A DNA stretch of 39,626 nt from a virus (taxonomy: Duplodnaviria > Caudoviricetes). Position 1 is the first letter of the stretch; every line of letters begins with the position of its first letter. The stretch is from positions 1 to 39,626 of the IMG/VR virus record IMGVR_UViG_3300032884_000025; one strand, 5' to 3'. Shown here in pieces: positions 1 through 10,400 of this stretch. A model generated the notes under the pieces. That model saw nothing but the letters and a program-made list of their open reading frames with translations. It made no database searches and had not been told where the DNA came from. A program made the translations under genes and the position numbers.

Positions 1-1
1 A

Positions 2-2338
2 AAGATTGGTGCAGGTGCTACAAAAGATATTGTAAAACGCATCAGACAAGAAAAGAATAAAGCTGAACGTAACGAGATTAAGAAATTATTACCGGCTATA
101 TGTTTCAGTGGTACATTTAAAAAGAGATTAGATAATGCCTTAGAGATACACTCAGGACTTATATGTTTGGATTTTGATGGATACGCTAAACAAAAAGAAT
201 TATTACAAGACAAAGAGACTATATCAAAAAACAAATATGTATTTTCAGTATTTATTTCCCCTTCGGGTAATGGTTTAAAAGTATTAGTTAAGATTCCTGC
301 TGATTCAGATAATCATACAAACTACTTCAATAGCTTAGAAAAGCATTTTAATAGCCCTTATTTCGATAAAACAAGTAAAAATGTTAGTAGAGTATGTTAT
401 GAGTCTTATGACCCTTTAATTCACGTTAATTTAAACTCCTCTATTTGGGACTTAATTGAAGAGCCTGAGTACACAGAGGTAAGTAAGATTAGAGACCAAG
501 CTACTATTCCAATTACAGATGAGAATAAGATTGTAGAGATATTAGTTAAGTGGTGGGAAAAGAAATACCCAATGCAAGAGGGACAACGTAATCATAACGC
601 TTACATTCTTGCGATGGCTTTCAATGACTTTGGAATTAACAAAAGTCTTGCTTCTTATGTGTTAAACCAATTTGCTAACTCAGACTTTTCATTAGGCGAG
701 ATAGCACAAACTATTGACTCAGCATATAAACACACGACTAACTTCGGAACTAAGTACTATGAAGATGAAGAACGTATCAATCAGATCAGAGGTAAGCTAA
801 GAAGAGGGGTATCTAAGAAAGAGATTAAATACCAAATGCAAGACTCTAATTTAGATAATGACATCATTGATGCAGTTCTAAATAAAGTTGAGGATGAAAA
901 CTCAAAGATGACCTTTTGGACTAAGAACGATAAAGGTGCCATTAAAATAGAGCATATACTATTTAAGCAGTTCTTAGAAGATTCAGGGTTCTATAAGTTT
1001 TGTCCTGAGGGTAGTCGTAACTATGTATTTGTAAAGGTTACTAATAATCTTATTGACCATACCTCTGAGAAAGAGATTAAAGATTTTATTCTTAATCACT
1101 TATTAGAATTAGATGACAATAGTGTTTATAATTATTTTGCAGACAATACACGATTCTTTAAAGATGAGTTCTTAACTTTGTTATCTACTATTGAGATATA
1201 TTTTATTGCAGATAGTAGAGATTCAGCTTACTTGTACTATAAGAATTGTGCAGTTAAGATTATGAAGAATAGCATTACTACTATTGACTATTTAGATTTA
1301 GGTGGTTATGTTTGGAAGGACCACGTTATTGATAGAAACTTTAACATTTGTGATGTTACGGGTAATTGTGATTTTAAAAAGTTTATCAGTAACATTAATG
1401 GCGGTGATGAACGTCGTGTTGAGACTATGGAAAGTACCATTGGTTTCTTAATGCACGGATATAAAAACTTATCATTCTGTCCGGCAGTGATATTAAACGA
1501 TGAGGTTATTAGTGATAACCCTGAAGGTGGTACAGGTAAAGGATTGGTTATGAACGCTCTTAGTAATATGAAGAAGTTAGTGGTAATTGATGGTAAGTCT
1601 TTTAACTTTGAGAAGTCTTTCCCTTATCAGTTAGTATCGGCTGACACTCAGATACTTTGCTTTGATGATGTGAAGAAACACTTTGACTTCGAGAGATTGT
1701 TTAGTGTAATTACAGAGGGATTGACATTGGAGAAGAAAAATAAGGATGCGATTAAGATACCATTCATTAAGTCTCCAAAGGTAACTATCACTACTAACTA
1801 CGCAATCAAGGGAGCGGGTAATTCATTTGCTCGAAGAAAGTGGGAGTTGGAGCTACACCAATACTACACGATGAACTTCACACCAAGAGATGATTTTGGT
1901 AAGATGATGTTCGGGGATTGGAACGATGATGATTGGTGTGAGTTTGACAACTATATGATTAATTGCTTGAGATTCTATTTAGCAAAAGGATTGGTTAAGT
2001 CTAAGTTTGTTAACTTAAAGATCAGACAATTATCAGCAGAGACTTGTCATGAGTTTATTGAATGGGTTGGATTGGTAGATAACAATGACAAAAGCAATGT
2101 GTTGCCAACTAATGTAAGATTGTATAAGAATGAATTATATAATAACTTTGTTGATGAGTATCCTGACTATGGTGCAAGAGGTAAGATGACTATAAGCAGA
2201 ACTAAGTTCTATAAGTTCTTAATAGCTTACGCTATATATAAAGAAGGACTAATGCCTGAGGAAGATAGAGACCACTTAGGTAGATGGATAATCATTAAGA
2301 AGAGAGATGATAACGAAACACAAATTAAATTAAATTAG
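2..2338 (+). CDS. Primase-helicase: BT4734/VirE_N-like AEP primase domain, primase C-terminal domain and P-loop NTPase; 5' truncated by the window edge
   Basis: The frame is open from position 2 (KIGAGATKD...KKLLPAICFSGTF...HSGLICLDFDG), so the track start at 167 (TTG) is internal. The LDFD and SPSGNGLK motifs fit VirE_N/BT4734 primases, GQRNHNAY resembles PriCT, Walker A is EGGTGKG and Walker B-like is ILCFDD. Confidence 0.85.
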   Translation, partial: KIGAGATKDIVKRIRQEKNKAERNEIKKLLPAICFSGTFKKRLDNALEIHSGLICLDFDGYAKQKELLQDKETISKNKYVFSVFISPSGNGLKVLVKIPADSDNHTNYFNSLEKHFNSPYFDKTSKNVSRVCYESYDPLIHVNLNSSIWDLIEEPEYTEVSKIRDQATIPITDENKIVEILVKWWEKKYPMQEGQRNHNAYILAMAFNDFGINKSLASYVLNQFANSDFSLGEIAQTIDSAYKHTTNFGTKYYEDEERINQIRGKLRRGVSKKEIKYQMQDSNLDNDIIDAVLNKVEDENSKMTFWTKNDKGAIKIEHILFKQFLEDSGFYKFCPEGSRNYVFVKVTNNLIDHTSEKEIKDFILNHLLELDDNSVYNYFADNTRFFKDEFLTLLSTIEIYFIADSRDSAYLYYKNCAVKIMKNSITTIDYLDLGGYVWKDHVIDRNFNICDVTGNCDFKKFISNINGGDERRVETMESTIGFLMHGYKNLSFCPAVILNDEVISDNPEGGTGKGLVMNALSNMKKLVVIDGKSFNFEKSFPYQLVSADTQILCFDDVKKHFDFERLFSVITEGLTLEKKNKDAIKIPFIKSPKVTITTNYAIKGAGNSFARRKWELELHQYYTMNFTPRDDFGKMMFGDWNDDDWCEFDNYMINCLRFYLAKGLVKSKFVNLKIRQLSAETCHEFIEWVGLVDNNDKSNVLPTNVRLYKNELYNNFVDEYPDYGARGKMTISRTKFYKFLIAYAIYKEGLMPEEDRDHLGRWIIIKKRDDNETQIKLN

Positions 2339-2339
2339 T

Positions 2340-2642
2340 ATGACACCAAAAGAAAGAGCAGCAAACTATATGAGACTAAAGAAAGATTATAGAGATCCTG
2401 AGAGTATTAAATTCTCAAAGTGGGTAGATGATAACTTCCCAATAAGAAGTAAAAACTTTAAAGGCGAAGTGTTATATGCCGGAAGTAAGTATGATGATGT
2501 TTATTTAATAAGTGAGTTAGTACAAATTTATAAAAACAAAAATTTTATGTTACCAAAAAAAGAAGAAATTATTGTAGAAGTTTTAGCTTGGGTATCAGTT
2601 GCTACAATTGGCTCAGCAATATTATATTTAATATTTAAATAA
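2340..2642 (+). CDS. Hypothetical protein with a C-terminal hydrophobic (possible transmembrane) segment
   Basis: ATG 1 nt after the primase stop; ends VLAWVSVATIGSAILYLIFK. Confidence 0.6.
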   Translation: MTPKERAANYMRLKKDYRDPESIKFSKWVDDNFPIRSKNFKGEVLYAGSKYDDVYLISELVQIYKNKNFMLPKKEEIIVEVLAWVSVATIGSAILYLIFK

Positions 2643-2648
2643 TTAATT

Positions 2649-2774
2649 ATGTCAAAGTATTTTAGACCACTAACAAGAATTAGAAAAGTAATGGAGTTCT
2701 ACTACAAAAGAGGAACTAACAAAGAGAGTATCAATGATTTGTATCGTAAAATTTTAAATGAAGAAAAAAAATGA
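2649..2774 (+). CDS. Small basic hypothetical protein, 41 aa (not in the ORF track)
   Basis: MSKYFRPLTRIRKVMEFYYKRGTNKESINDLYRKILNEEKK fills the gap exactly; its TGA overlaps the next ATG (ATGA at 2771-2774). Confidence 0.65.
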   Translation: MSKYFRPLTRIRKVMEFYYKRGTNKESINDLYRKILNEEKK

Positions 2775-3001
2775 CAGATATAAGTAAGTGTTCGGACCAT
2801 CAGTGTCCTTCAAAAGAAATATGTTATAGATTTACAGCACCGGCATCAGAATATTGGCAATCTTATGGTCGGTTTGGAAGAGAAGAAGATGCCTATAATT
2901 GTGATATGTTTTGGCACAATGGTGCTTGTAAATATTGTCATCTATCAGATGGTAATCATAAAATGAGTTGTCCAACAATGAAAATACAAGTAAACTTATG
3001 A
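2771..3001 (+). CDS. Cys-rich, probably metal-binding phage protein
   Basis: DISKC-x4-CP-x4-CYRFTA...QSY plus C-terminal CxxC-x6-H-x3-C; ATGA coupling at both ends. Confidence 0.7.
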   Translation: MTDISKCSDHQCPSKEICYRFTAPASEYWQSYGRFGREEDAYNCDMFWHNGACKYCHLSDGNHKMSCPTMKIQVNL

Positions 3002-3243
3002 AAGCAATATTAGAATTTAATTTACCTGAAGATAACCAAGAATTTTTAACAATAGTTAAAGCAGATGATATGTCTAACTTTATATTTGAATTGGTTTTTA
3101 ATAGTAGAAAGCAATGCATACGTGATGCAGAAGAAAATAATAAAAATTTTGATGAGTTAGATTTTTATGATGGAGTTGATTTAGTATTTGATAAGATACA
3201 AGAACTATTAAAGAACCACAATATTAATATTGAAAACTTATGA
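2998..3243 (+). CDS. Hypothetical phage protein (MKAILEFNLPED type)
   Basis: The ATG at 2998 overlaps the upstream TGA (ATGA), a better start than 2968. Confidence 0.7.
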   Translation: MKAILEFNLPEDNQEFLTIVKADDMSNFIFELVFNSRKQCIRDAEENNKNFDELDFYDGVDLVFDKIQELLKNHNINIENL

Positions 3244-3467
3244 TTGACAAGTATATAAAAATGAGGAACTCAAGTCAGTACCAAATAAATTGGTTCTATG
3301 ACTACTATATTCAAAATGGTGGCAATCCAATTGGAATAAATCAATTCAATATGGTATTTAATATGGTTAATTTAAACGAAATTCTTGAAGCATTAGATAA
3401 AAAATTTAACCTAATATCTATATTAGATGCAGAAAATAAACTATTAAAAGTTTTTAAATATGAATAA
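3240..3467 (+). CDS. Hypothetical protein
   Basis: ATGA coupling; part of a tightly packed operon. Confidence 0.65.
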   Translation: MIDKYIKMRNSSQYQINWFYDYYIQNGGNPIGINQFNMVFNMVNLNEILEALDKKFNLISILDAENKLLKVFKYE

Positions 3468-3795
3468 TACACAAACAGTACATATAGGAATGTTAAATTC
3501 ATTTAATGTCCTAACAGGAAAAGCCACAATGGAAAAGATTATCAACTCAGGGTTGGCATATTTTGCTCACGCTCCTGATGAGGAATCGGCAAAGCAAAGT
3601 ATAGAATTTATAATTTTCTACTTCAAAGGAATTGAAATGTATGAGAAGTGTGCAGAGTTAAAAGAGTATATTGATAAAACATTTAATAAAGATGGATCTT
3701 ACAAAGAAAATTTTTGTGAATGTGAGTACCCAAACATAGAAAATTATAGACCTAAACCTAAATGCTCTGTATGCAACCTGAGACTACTGAGATAA
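3460..3795 (+). CDS. Hypothetical protein with an EMYEKCA motif and C-terminal CxC...CxxC
   Basis: Overlaps its neighbours in operon fashion; Cys pairs at the C-terminus. Confidence 0.65.
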   Translation: MNNTQTVHIGMLNSFNVLTGKATMEKIINSGLAYFAHAPDEESAKQSIEFIIFYFKGIEMYEKCAELKEYIDKTFNKDGSYKENFCECEYPNIENYRPKPKCSVCNLRLLR

Positions 3796-4193
3796 TTGAA
3801 AGAACCCCCGGGTTTAATAACCAAGAGATGTGGAAACAATGCGAGTTATTAAAGAGCGTTGTGTTTCAAACCATTCAAACAAAATCAGGTAGAGGTAAAG
3901 GCGTTAAGATAATAGAAGAGTTTAAACATAATATACCTTCAGGAGTTAGGAATAGAATAGCAAGTAGCTGTGAACATTATAAAAATTTATACGAAATGGA
4001 AAAAAAAGAAATAGGAAGTTTAGAAGTAATTAAATACAAGTTTGAAAAGATTAACGGAGAGCCTAAGATAATAATTGAAATGGTCAAGGTATTAGATACA
4101 GATGGAAACTATATTAAGTTTGCAAAACTTGAAGGAGTTGTTAATTATTTATCTAAATATCCCGTAAAGTTTAAAGATTATGATTCAATATAG
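3762..4193 (+). CDS. Hypothetical protein (start uncertain)
   Basis: 143-aa ORF filling the space before the helicase; several possible ATGs. Confidence 0.6.
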   Translation: MLCMQPETTEIIERTPGFNNQEMWKQCELLKSVVFQTIQTKSGRGKGVKIIEEFKHNIPSGVRNRIASSCEHYKNLYEMEKKEIGSLEVIKYKFEKINGEPKIIIEMVKVLDTDGNYIKFAKLEGVVNYLSKYPVKFKDYDSI

Positions 4194-5412
4194 GGACTAT
4201 CAAATAGATATTATAAAACAAGGGTCTCAAATAATAGAAGAGTTTGGTTTTGTATATCTTGCGATGCAGGTCAGAACAGGAAAGACTTTAACAAGTCTTG
4301 GGATAGCTGAGAAAATCAATAGTAGTAACGTACTTTTCTTAACTAAGAAAAAAGCAATCAGTTCAATTACTAATGATTTTGATTTATTAAAACCATCTTA
4401 CTCTTTGTGTGTTACAAATTATGAAAGCATACATAAAATTGACCCTGACATACCTTGGGATTTGATTGTTTGTGATGAGGCTCATAGTATGGGTGCATTT
4501 GCTAAGCCAAGTAAGAGAGCAGTTCAAGTTAAAGACTTAATATCTAAGACAAAAGCTAATGTTATTCTCTTATCAGGTACACCAACTCCTGAGTCATACT
4601 CTCAGATGTATCATCAAGTTTATGGCATACCGAAAAATCCTTTCAAAGAATTTAGTAATTTCTACAAATTTTGTAATAACTTTGTAAAAATTAAAACCAA
4701 AATGATAAATGGTTTAATTATTAAGGATTACTCAGAAGGTTTAGATACAATAGTTGAAGCAATGGCTCCGTTCACAATTAACTATACTCAACAAGAGGCA
4801 GGATTTGTAACTGAGACTACTGAAGAGATATTTGAGGTTGAGTTAAAAGAATCAACCTACAAGTTGATTAATAATTTGAAACGTGATTTAGTTGTTCAGG
4901 GTAAAGAAGAGGTTATCTTAGGTGATACTCCGGTAAAGTTGATGAGTAAGATACATCAATTATACTCAGGAACAATTAAGTTTGAAAGCGGGAAGTCAAT
5001 GGTAATTGACACTACCAAAGCAGAGTTTATAAAAGAACAATGGATGGGATGTCAGATTGGTATCTTCTATAAATTCAAAGAAGAATTAGTAGCTTTGCAA
5101 CAAGTCTTTGGAGATGAATTGACAACTGACTTGGATGAGTTCAACTCAACTTTTAAATGCATAGCTTTACAAATTGTAAGTGGGCGTGAAGGTATAAGTT
5201 TAAAAAAAGCAGAGTACCTTGTATATTACAATATTGACTTTAGTGCTACAAGCTATTGGCAATCCAAAGATAGAATGACCACTAAAGAAAGATTAGAGAA
5301 CCAAGTATTTTGGATCTTTGCTAAAGGTGGTATTGAATACGATATTTATAAAGCAGTAACAAAAAAGAAAAATTATACATTAAACTATTTTAAAAAAGAT
5401 TTTTACTTATGA
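4180..5412 (+). CDS. Superfamily 2 (SNF2-like, DEAH) phage helicase
   Basis: Q-motif YRDYQ, Walker A RTGKT, CDEAH, motif III SGTP, motif V GREGISL, motif VI QSKDR. Confidence 0.9.
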   Translation: MIQYRDYQIDIIKQGSQIIEEFGFVYLAMQVRTGKTLTSLGIAEKINSSNVLFLTKKKAISSITNDFDLLKPSYSLCVTNYESIHKIDPDIPWDLIVCDEAHSMGAFAKPSKRAVQVKDLISKTKANVILLSGTPTPESYSQMYHQVYGIPKNPFKEFSNFYKFCNNFVKIKTKMINGLIIKDYSEGLDTIVEAMAPFTINYTQQEAGFVTETTEEIFEVELKESTYKLINNLKRDLVVQGKEEVILGDTPVKLMSKIHQLYSGTIKFESGKSMVIDTTKAEFIKEQWMGCQIGIFYKFKEELVALQQVFGDELTTDLDEFNSTFKCIALQIVSGREGISLKKAEYLVYYNIDFSATSYWQSKDRMTTKERLENQVFWIFAKGGIEYDIYKAVTKKKNYTLNYFKKDFYL

Positions 5413-5531
5413 TAGACTACAGAGATTACGGACACGAATACAATGAGTGCACTTGCAAACAATGCGGAGAAGACTCAAATGGTGAATTTTGCAATCAACA
5501 TTGTGCAAAAGAATACGAAGCAGATAATTAA
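5409..5531 (+). CDS. Small zinc-finger-like protein, 40 aa (not in the ORF track)
   Basis: MIDYRDYGHEYNECTCKQCGEDSNGEFCNQHCAKEYEADN has CxxC-x8-CxxxC; ATGA overlap with the helicase stop; ends 8 nt before the next ATG. Confidence 0.7.
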   Translation: MIDYRDYGHEYNECTCKQCGEDSNGEFCNQHCAKEYEADN

Positions 5532-5539
5532 TAATAGAT

Positions 5540-5827
5540 ATGAAAAGTAAAAGAAACACAATGGCGGGTGAGCACCCTTCTTACGACAAGTTAGGAATGT
5601 CATCAGATAGAAGAGCTAAGAAATTAGCTTACGATAAAAAGTATCAAGCTACTGAGGAGCGAAAGAATTACAGAGTTGAGCTAAATAGAGCAAACCGTAA
5701 AGCCGGAACTGTTGGAAATGGAGACAACCTTGACATGAGTCATACCAAGGCAGGAACTATGGTGCCTGAGAATATGAAGTCAAATCGTAGTAGAAATAAA
5801 CAAAACGGAAAATCAACTAAGAAATGA
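5540..5827 (+). CDS. Small basic HNH-like protein (degenerate)
   Basis: R/K-rich N-terminus, then GDNLDMSH...SNRSRN, resembling the GDGxDVDH...NRxRN small HNH proteins of podoviruses. Confidence 0.6.
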   Translation: MKSKRNTMAGEHPSYDKLGMSSDRRAKKLAYDKKYQATEERKNYRVELNRANRKAGTVGNGDNLDMSHTKAGTMVPENMKSNRSRNKQNGKSTKK

Positions 5828-6156
5828 TAAAATGCGTTTGTATAAATGCTGACAATAAACCAAGTAAAATACCTCAGCATAAATGGTTAGAGAAAGATAA
5901 AGAGTACACGTTAGCCTTTGCTATTGTGGTATTACCTCAGCGTCAGTTAGCTTTTCAAGTTGAAGAGATTGACCTTGATGATAGTTGTATCCCATACGAA
6001 TATTTTTTAGCGAACCGATTTTCATTTAATGTTTCACACCTACAAAGGTTACACGAATTTATTAAGGAATGCACTAAAATTAATTTATCCGTGAAGGAGT
6101 TGATGAAAGAAACAAATATAAATGAAAGAGAGCCAAATACAATCAAAGAAGATTAA
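5824..6156 (+). CDS. Hypothetical protein
   Basis: ATGA coupling with the upstream gene; 110 aa. Confidence 0.65.
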   Translation: MIKCVCINADNKPSKIPQHKWLEKDKEYTLAFAIVVLPQRQLAFQVEEIDLDDSCIPYEYFLANRFSFNVSHLQRLHEFIKECTKINLSVKELMKETNINEREPNTIKED

Positions 6157-6364
6157 GGAACTTGAAGCTCAGGGATACTATGTTTTGAAGCTCATAACTA
6201 CTAATAAACCGGGTATTCCTGACATTATTGCTATCCCTCCCAACTCAGACGTTGAGTTCTACGAAGTAAAAGGACCAACAGGGAAGCTATCTAAACTACA
6301 AGAATATAGAATAAAAGAACTAACTGAACACGGAGTGAAAGCCGAGTTGTTTAAACCAATCTAA
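6122..6364 (+). CDS. VRR-NUC family nuclease (Holliday-junction resolvase-like)
   Basis: ESQIQ...GIPDI...FYEVKGPTGKLSKLQ is the VRR-NUC pattern. Confidence 0.85.
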   Translation: MKESQIQSKKIKELEAQGYYVLKLITTNKPGIPDIIAIPPNSDVEFYEVKGPTGKLSKLQEYRIKELTEHGVKAELFKPI

Positions 6365-6368
6365 TTAA

Positions 6369-6884
6369 ATGGAATTATCATACAAAGAAAAGACAGATTT
6401 AGAAAAAGAAGCATTAAAACAAATAGTAAGTGGAGTTTTTAATGTAGATATATCTTTAAAAAATAGACAAAGAAACTCAGTAGATGCCCGTAGAATATAC
6501 TCAAAGATACTTAGAGACAGAGGATACACTTTTGAATCTATAGGAAATTCAATAGAAAGAAACCACGCATCAGTTGTTAATTATATGACCTCTGTTGATG
6601 CTATTCTTTCTTTTGATAAAGGTCTTAGAGATAAATATACAGCCTGTAATAACGTATTTCTTGAAGGAAGAGCACCGCTTATGGTAGATAAAATAAATAA
6701 AGATGATGATTTATATTTTACTGTATTAAAATTAAATAATAAAATTGAAGAAATTATTAAAGAAAAGAAAGAAATTTTGACTAAATTTGTACATTATATA
6801 GAAAAGTACGAAAATGAAACAGGTTACTTTCCTCCAATTAAATTTTTAAAAAATAACATAATACCATTGTTTGATGTTAAATAA
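6369..6884 (+). CDS. DnaA domain IV-like helix-turn-helix DNA-binding protein with a coiled-coil tail
   Basis: RQRNSVDARRI...TFESIGNSIERNHASV matches the DnaA C-terminal signature (R...AR...IG...RDHTTV). Confidence 0.75.
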   Translation: MELSYKEKTDLEKEALKQIVSGVFNVDISLKNRQRNSVDARRIYSKILRDRGYTFESIGNSIERNHASVVNYMTSVDAILSFDKGLRDKYTACNNVFLEGRAPLMVDKINKDDDLYFTVLKLNNKIEEIIKEKKEILTKFVHYIEKYENETGYFPPIKFLKNNIIPLFDVK

Positions 6885-6895
6885 ATCGTAATTTT

Positions 6896-7090
6896 ATGAA
6901 ACCAATTTTAGATGAAGAGAATAAAAGGGCAGCTCGGATAGCTTATAGATTAAACGAGTACCACATTCTATTAGATACTATCTATGAGAATTTAGTTGAT
7001 CGTGATTTTAAAATTGTAAGAAGAGAGGCTCAGGTCTTGATAATGGAATTAAGATGTGTATTAAAATCAATAGAAGAAGATGACTTTTGA
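6896..7090 (+). CDS. Hypothetical protein
   Basis: 64-aa helical ORF overlapping the next gene. Confidence 0.6.
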   Translation: MKPILDEENKRAARIAYRLNEYHILLDTIYENLVDRDFKIVRREAQVLIMELRCVLKSIEEDDF

Positions 7091-7493
7091 AACAGACCAA
7101 GATTTAAAAAGAGAACATAAAGCAATAACAACATTCGTAAATACATTTGGAGGTTCCTTCCAAAAATTAGACCCACACGATGTTGACTACAAGATATTCG
7201 ATAAAGAAGGAAAGTTAATAGCTTATGCTGAGGTAAAAGGCAGGATAAGAACTATGCACGATGCCTATCCTTTACCGGTAGCTGCAAGAAAGATTGTTAA
7301 GTTGGTAGATAAAAGACTACCTCCTGTGATGATATGGTCTTGTGAAGATGGTATTATATATGGTAAAATTGATAAGTTAAGAGGAGAAGTTAAGTGGGGT
7401 GGTCGTGCCCCACGTAACGGCTCCGTTAATGATTTAGAACTTATGGTATTCTACGAAAAACAAAAAGAATTAAAGTATATTAGATTCGTTTAA
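7080..7493 (+). CDS. PD-(D/E)XK-like nuclease-fold protein
   Basis: E...VDY...AEVKGR spacing typical of the restriction-endonuclease-like fold. Confidence 0.6.
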   Translation: MTFETDQDLKREHKAITTFVNTFGGSFQKLDPHDVDYKIFDKEGKLIAYAEVKGRIRTMHDAYPLPVAARKIVKLVDKRLPPVMIWSCEDGIIYGKIDKLRGEVKWGGRAPRNGSVNDLELMVFYEKQKELKYIRFV

Positions 7494-10400
7494 TTATCTC
7501 CGTACATTATCTTGTACATTTTTGGGTTTTTCTTTTTAAGTTCTTCTTTGCTTATTCCTTTTCCTTTTTCAAGTCCTTTATAAATATCTTTCATTACAGA
7601 CTTTCTAACTTCTTTATAGAGAGGAACAAGTCCTAAGTTACCTAATACTTCTAAAGGTATTCTTACGTTTTTCTCTTTTTCTTGTCTATCTATAGCATCA
7701 AATTGTTTTTTATCATCTTCAAATACTTTTTTAACAACAAGGTCAGCAGTTTTAATAGCAGGACCATAAGAACCTGTCATATTTTTAAAGAAATCATAAA
7801 CTCCTGTTTGTGTTCCTTTTTTATCAGCAGGTATTGTTGAATACTGCAATGCATCTTTATAAGGATCATAATCTCCTTCTCTTAAAAAGTCAAGGTAATT
7901 TTCGTTTACTTGTTCTACTCCGTAATTTATTAATGATTTTGTTGCATTACCAAAGTCTCTTCCTAATAACATAGAGCTAAAGGTAGATGCTAATGCTTGA
8001 CCAACTGCTTTTTCAGGAGCTTTTTCTTCTTCATCATCTTCATCATCAAATAACAATCCAATAATACCTTCTCCTAATGCTTTAATTAGTAAACTATACA
8101 CAGTCATACGTGTAACAACAGCTCCTAATAATGCAACTCCTTGTTTTCTTGTTAATGAACCATTACCCATAGCAGCCATTATACCTGTTCTTGCGGTAAC
8201 AAATTCATAGACCATAAACTTAGTCATAAAGCTATTCATATTATTAAATGCTTTTGTAGAAATACTTTGATTTGGTTTACTCGTACCTTTAAGTATTCCT
8301 GTAAATGCATTACTACTTGCTCCTGTTATTACAGACCTTTCATCAGCAATTGTTTTTGCTTCTTCAAGAGCTTCTTTATTATTATCCATATAGGCTTCAT
8401 CATTTGCTGCGATTTTTTCAAAATTAACATCTTCTCCTGTTATTTTTTTAAAATTATAAGCGAATGATCCAAACCATATAGGTCTCATAATAGCTTTATC
8501 AGGAGTTGAAATCTGAATATCTGCTAATAATTCAACAGCATTAACATATTTTTTACCTGATAAATTCCAAATTTGTTGTATTTTATTAACAACAACATTT
8601 TTAGATTTACCACCTTTTATACCGCTTGCTTGACTTAATATGTTTGAATCAATCATTCTTCCTGATAATGTATCTGTAGGAAAAATACGATTGATTTCTT
8701 TAGAATTTAAATTGCTCATTATAACAGGAGCATCTTTAGACATAATTACATCTATATGTTTAATTCCTTCTGTCAATGCAGTTGGATCACTAATAATTAC
8801 AAATCCTACGTTTGAAAGAAGTTCTGCTGCAAATCTACCGGTTCCGGCAAGAACTGCACGATAACCTTGTTTACTTACATAATCAACTACATCATCTCCA
8901 ATAGATGTTTCGGTATAATTATTAACAACTAAATTTTCAATAGCCTCCTCAAAAGCGTTATTAATAGCATTTATTATTTGTCTTTTTTCTTTAGGTATCT
9001 TTCCTTTACTTTCCATATTTGATATGGTTCTGTTCATAGTCTTACGAGCAGTACGAATAGGTTCAGTTAAATGATAATCCATAAGTACAAACTTAGCCCC
9101 TCTCTGAGCAGAAGCAAATATATCAAAGTTTAATGGAGATACTTTACCGGTTCTTTCTATTAAAGACTTAGCTTTTGTAGATGGTCTCATTGAATTGTTA
9201 TAATCATTAGCAAAAGACTCTCCTGATGCTAAATCATTTGGCTTGTATTCATGAAGAACATTTAAGTGTATATAATTATTTAAAGGATTAATTTTTTGAC
9301 CTCTAATAATAGCAGCAGTATGTTCAGCTTTTTCTTTTAATGATTCATTTACATTACGAACTGTTTTTATAGCTTCTTTTTCTGCATTATTAAATGAGTT
9401 ATATAATTTTTCATTATCAATTTGATCATCGGGAGCAAATTCTTTTAATATTTTTTGTAACATTTCAGCATCACGTTCTCCAAATTGTGATTTACCTGCT
9501 TCAATATGTTTTATAGTAGCCTTTAAATATTCTGCTGCAGGGTTTACTTGTTTATTATCAGGATTAGAATCATACTCAAGTTGAACCATATAAGTCATCA
9601 TTTTAAACTTTGACATTAATGTTTCATTAGGCTCAAGTTCAAATGACCTTGCAACTTTTTCTTCTGCTTTTTCTAATAAAGCTTGAACATTCTTTAGTTC
9701 TGAAGTAAATTTAGCCTCAGCTTCAGCAGCTTTATTTAATAATGAATTAAATATATCTTTTGTTTTAAAGTCTCCCAATACTTGGTCTATATTAAATAAA
9801 GGATTTCTTCTTATCATTTCCAACATAGCATCTTTCTTTGTCAGAAAAGACTTTGCTTTAGCATATAGTTTAGATATAGGAAGAGGTTTTGATTTATTTA
9901 TAGCACCCTCTAATGGATTAGAATTATTAATTTCATTTAATTTTTCAATCATTAATTGAGCGTAATGTGGAAAGTACCCATTATTAATATTGTCAATTAC
10001 TTTTAATAAATTTTTTAACTCAACATTAGTTAATTCATTAATAGCTTTTCCTTTGATTAACGAATCAAGTTCTTTTGTTTTTTTGCGTTCATCTTTAGTT
10101 GAAAGTTCAGTTCCATCTATTTTTGATTTTTGTATGATTTTAGTTAAATCATCTTTTTCTGCTTGGATTTCTTCTTCAGTTAGTTTACTCTTTTCTACTT
10201 GAGGAAGTATATCTTTCTTATATTTCTTCATCAATTCAAAACCATTGCTATCAATATCTCCTTCTTCAAGCATTTTATTTAATGTAGCCAAGTAATCTAA
10301 CTTCTCATCTTTAAATACTTTATTGTCATAGTTATTAAATCTATCAGATAATTCATCAGCCAATGACCTTTCATTATTTATTTCATCAAGTATCTCTTGA

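Noticed and set aside
2832-6146. Minus-strand ORFs 2832-3119 and 5955-6146
   Set aside because: Antisense to tightly coupled plus-strand genes; no supporting signals.
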